Notes under the pieces: generated by a model
Told to the model about the DNA's origin: nothing
What the model saw: the letters and a program-made list of their open reading frames with translations, nothing else
Databases searched by the model: none
Part shown: positions 62,139 through 64,000 of the stretch, piece after piece
How positions within the stretch are numbered: position 1 is the stretch's first letter
Layout of the letters: the number at the start of each line of letters is the position of its first letter
Program-made: the position numbers and the translations under genes
DNA from: Phycisphaerae bacterium
GTDB taxonomy: Bacteria > Planctomycetota > Phycisphaerae > UBA1845
Reading direction: 5' to 3'
DNA: 64,000 nucleotides
Assembly: GCA_963666835.2 (NCBI GenBank)
Contig: CAXXGO010000005.1
Span: 128,001-192,000 of the forward strand

Positions 62139-62335
62139 AAGGATGCTAATCGACTTCTGTAATCTACCAGGTGGCCTCGCGCCGGAATATCACAATTGAC
62201 TCGGCGGCGAAGTCGGCCAGATCCACGTCGCCGTCGAGATCTGTGTCGAAAGCCATCAGACAGGCATGCAGTCGCCGGCCTCGCCGCGTGAATAATTGCC
62301 CGACCCTCTTCAGCGAAATCGCCGGTCTCGCATAC

Positions 62336-63457
62336 CTATGGACTGGTTGCTTCCCTTGCCTTTCGGGCTTCTATCTTTTCGCGGAAACGTTGCATTTGCC
62401 CCTCAAGCTTGTCCGCGATTCCCGGCCCACCAATGTCCGGACACTGTTGGCGCAAGGCGCCCAGGTATTCGCTAGTCTTCTCCCATTCCTGCGCAAGACC
62501 GTGTAGCCAGACCAAGTTCTCCAGCGCCGCCGTGCGCGGCCAGACATTGGCGTCTTTCGCCATCGTGAGATAATGCAGTGCTTTCACGTAGGCGGGATGC
62601 GCTCGGGCTCTTTCGGGATCGCGCTCGAGCCAACCCGCCAAACTTGCTTCGTGTTCCAGGGTCTTGACGTATACCAATCCAAGGTACCGCGCGATGTAGC
62701 CCGAGTACACTGAATCCGGGTAACGCTCCAGCGTTTTCGCCAATGAATCGACCAGCTCCATTTCTCGCTTGTCATCGGGGTCGATAAGGTACGGCTTGGT
62801 CTCGCTGGTGATCTGTGCCAGAAGCAGAATTCCCTCCTGGTCCAGCCCCTTCTCCGCCTCCGGTGCGTTCAGGTCCAAATGGTCCGCATCGTCTCCGATG
62901 TGGTAACGCAGTGCGATCAGTTCAAGCTGCGCGAGGCATTCCTCGTTAACACGTGACATCGGAAGCACGGTCACCCGGGTCTCATTGCTGTAGACGAGCG
63001 CCTTTCCTAGGCCCGAATAGAAGTTCCATCGAAGATGGTACTCACCGGGGTTCGGAAATACGTAGTCGTTTCCAAAATCCAGTAACACCAGGACATCGCC
63101 CGTAGTTGTTTTGCGCGGCCCCAATTTTTTCTCGGTGCGTTGGGGGCCGCTACGTTCCAAGGAAAGCGAGTGCTCGCTATACGGTCCATTATCGCAGGAC
63201 GTTTCAAGGGCCATTCGCACCGGCGCACCGCCAGGCCGCACGAGCAGCGTAAGCGGCTCGTCCCGCAGATTCCTCACTCTGACGTGGGCGATGATCGGTT
63301 CCCGCGCCTCAAAGGTCGAACGTTCCAGGTTGACATCAAACGCCACGACCTGTGAAAACGCAAGTGCTTGCTCGCCGTTCGCCATCTGACCTAATGCTGC
63401 CGCGACGGTCACCCCTTGCAACAACAAGCCTTTCGTCAAGTTGGTAGTCAAAGTCAT
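62336..63457 (-). CDS. Secreted Ig-like + TPR-like partner protein (paralog 1)
   Basis: Signal peptide; REPIIAHVRVRN, YVFPNPGEY, SNETRVTV, LERYPDSVYSGY. Confidence 0.78.
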   Translation of the reverse strand: MTLTTNLTKGLLLQGVTVAAALGQMANGEQALAFSQVVAFDVNLERSTFEAREPIIAHVRVRNLRDEPLTLLVRPGGAPVRMALETSCDNGPYSEHSLSLERSGPQRTEKKLGPRKTTTGDVLVLLDFGNDYVFPNPGEYHLRWNFYSGLGKALVYSNETRVTVLPMSRVNEECLAQLELIALRYHIGDDADHLDLNAPEAEKGLDQEGILLLAQITSETKPYLIDPDDKREMELVDSLAKTLERYPDSVYSGYIARYLGLVYVKTLEHEASLAGWLERDPERARAHPAYVKALHYLTMAKDANVWPRTAALENLVWLHGLAQEWEKTSEYLGALRQQCPDIGGPGIADKLEGQMQRFREKIEARKAREATSP

Positions 63458-63527
63458 CTTCTCACTCCTTCGTGCTCGGTCAAGTTACCTTGATGTCCTA
63501 ACCGCAGCATACCGCTGCTTCTCAGAT

Positions 63528-64000
63528 CTATGGCTCAACATACTCGCGGAGCGTCTTAAGGCTCTCCGCAAGAAACGCCGGCCCCTGTTCAGTCTCGTCC
63601 ATTAAGCCACCGTCGCCGGGAATTGCATGAGCGCCCAAATGTGGTGCGCCTAGCGTGTGGGCAATCTCGTGCGCTACAACCCGCGGCGCCTGAACATCAG
63701 CGTAACCGTCTCGCAACGTCTCGCTGAAGACCGCCGCCATCCCGGTGTATGAGTCGCCCCAAAGCAACGGGGGCGAAGTACTTCCCTCGCGATGCGTCGT
63801 TGCCCCCTTCGTACCCGTGCCTTCTCCGTCACAATCGGCACTCGCCTCCGCCTGGAACGCAGAGAAGATATAAACGGTCCAGAAGGTAGCCCTCGAAACC
63901 GGCAGCCCGCGGAGCACCAAGCGCCCGGGATCCCAGTTCGCTTTGGTTTCGGGCCTGAAGTTCTTGTAGAAAGGATACGCCCCTTCGGAGGTGTACTGCG
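63528..64000 (-). CDS. Zinc metallopeptidase cassette 1 (3' part; continues beyond the window)
   Basis: FWTVYIFSAFQAE and HEIAHTLGAPH...GGLMD..ESLKTLREY align with the C-terminus of cassette 2. Confidence 0.8.
   Translation of the reverse strand, partial: QYTSEGAYPFYKNFRPETKANWDPGRLVLRGLPVSRATFWTVYIFSAFQAEASADCDGEGTGTKGATTHREGSTSPPLLWGDSYTGMAAVFSETLRDGYADVQAPRVVAHEIAHTLGAPHLGAHAIPGDGGLMDETEQGPAFLAESLKTLREYVEP

Overview
GC-rich bacterial DNA. The gene families (Rhodopirellula-type ECF sigma plus Ser/Thr kinase, dockerin-like C-termini, CxxCGYxLxG..CPECG membrane proteins) suggest Planctomycetota, probably an anaerobic member of Phycisphaerae; this is inference. (1) 1-14.4 kb: a decaying island at the 3' end of tRNA-Gly(CCC). 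It holds orphan Rhs core/C-terminal toxin modules with membrane or secreted candidate immunity genes, an IS1595, an ISL3, an AAA-DUF4143 ATPase and an integrase remnant. (2) 14.4-33 kb: four tRNAs, a 5'-truncated hybrid kinase, pcm, Rhs and integrase relics, and an ECF/STK-linked cluster of secreted proteins (fibre-like protein, two lysyl-endopeptidase-like proteases, dockerin-like and FGE proteins). (3) 33-46 kb: a Rex-controlled operon for a trimeric NAD-linked [FeFe]-hydrogenase, a hydrogenase-like sensor kinase phosphorelay and hydEGF, with a near-consensus promoter and tandem Rex boxes. (4) 52-64 kb: the most novel part. It is a minus-strand array of headless zinc-metallopeptidase cassettes with a shared N-terminal block and variable C-termini, interleaved with five diverged secreted Ig-like+TPR partner genes and punctuated by a conserved strand-specific hairpin. 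This organisation resembles a polymorphic toxin/immunity (protease/inhibitor) system. A TAA-N19-TTA motif also recurs downstream of all three tRNA loci and inside the IS1595 end. All assignments come from reading motifs by eye; no database searches were run.
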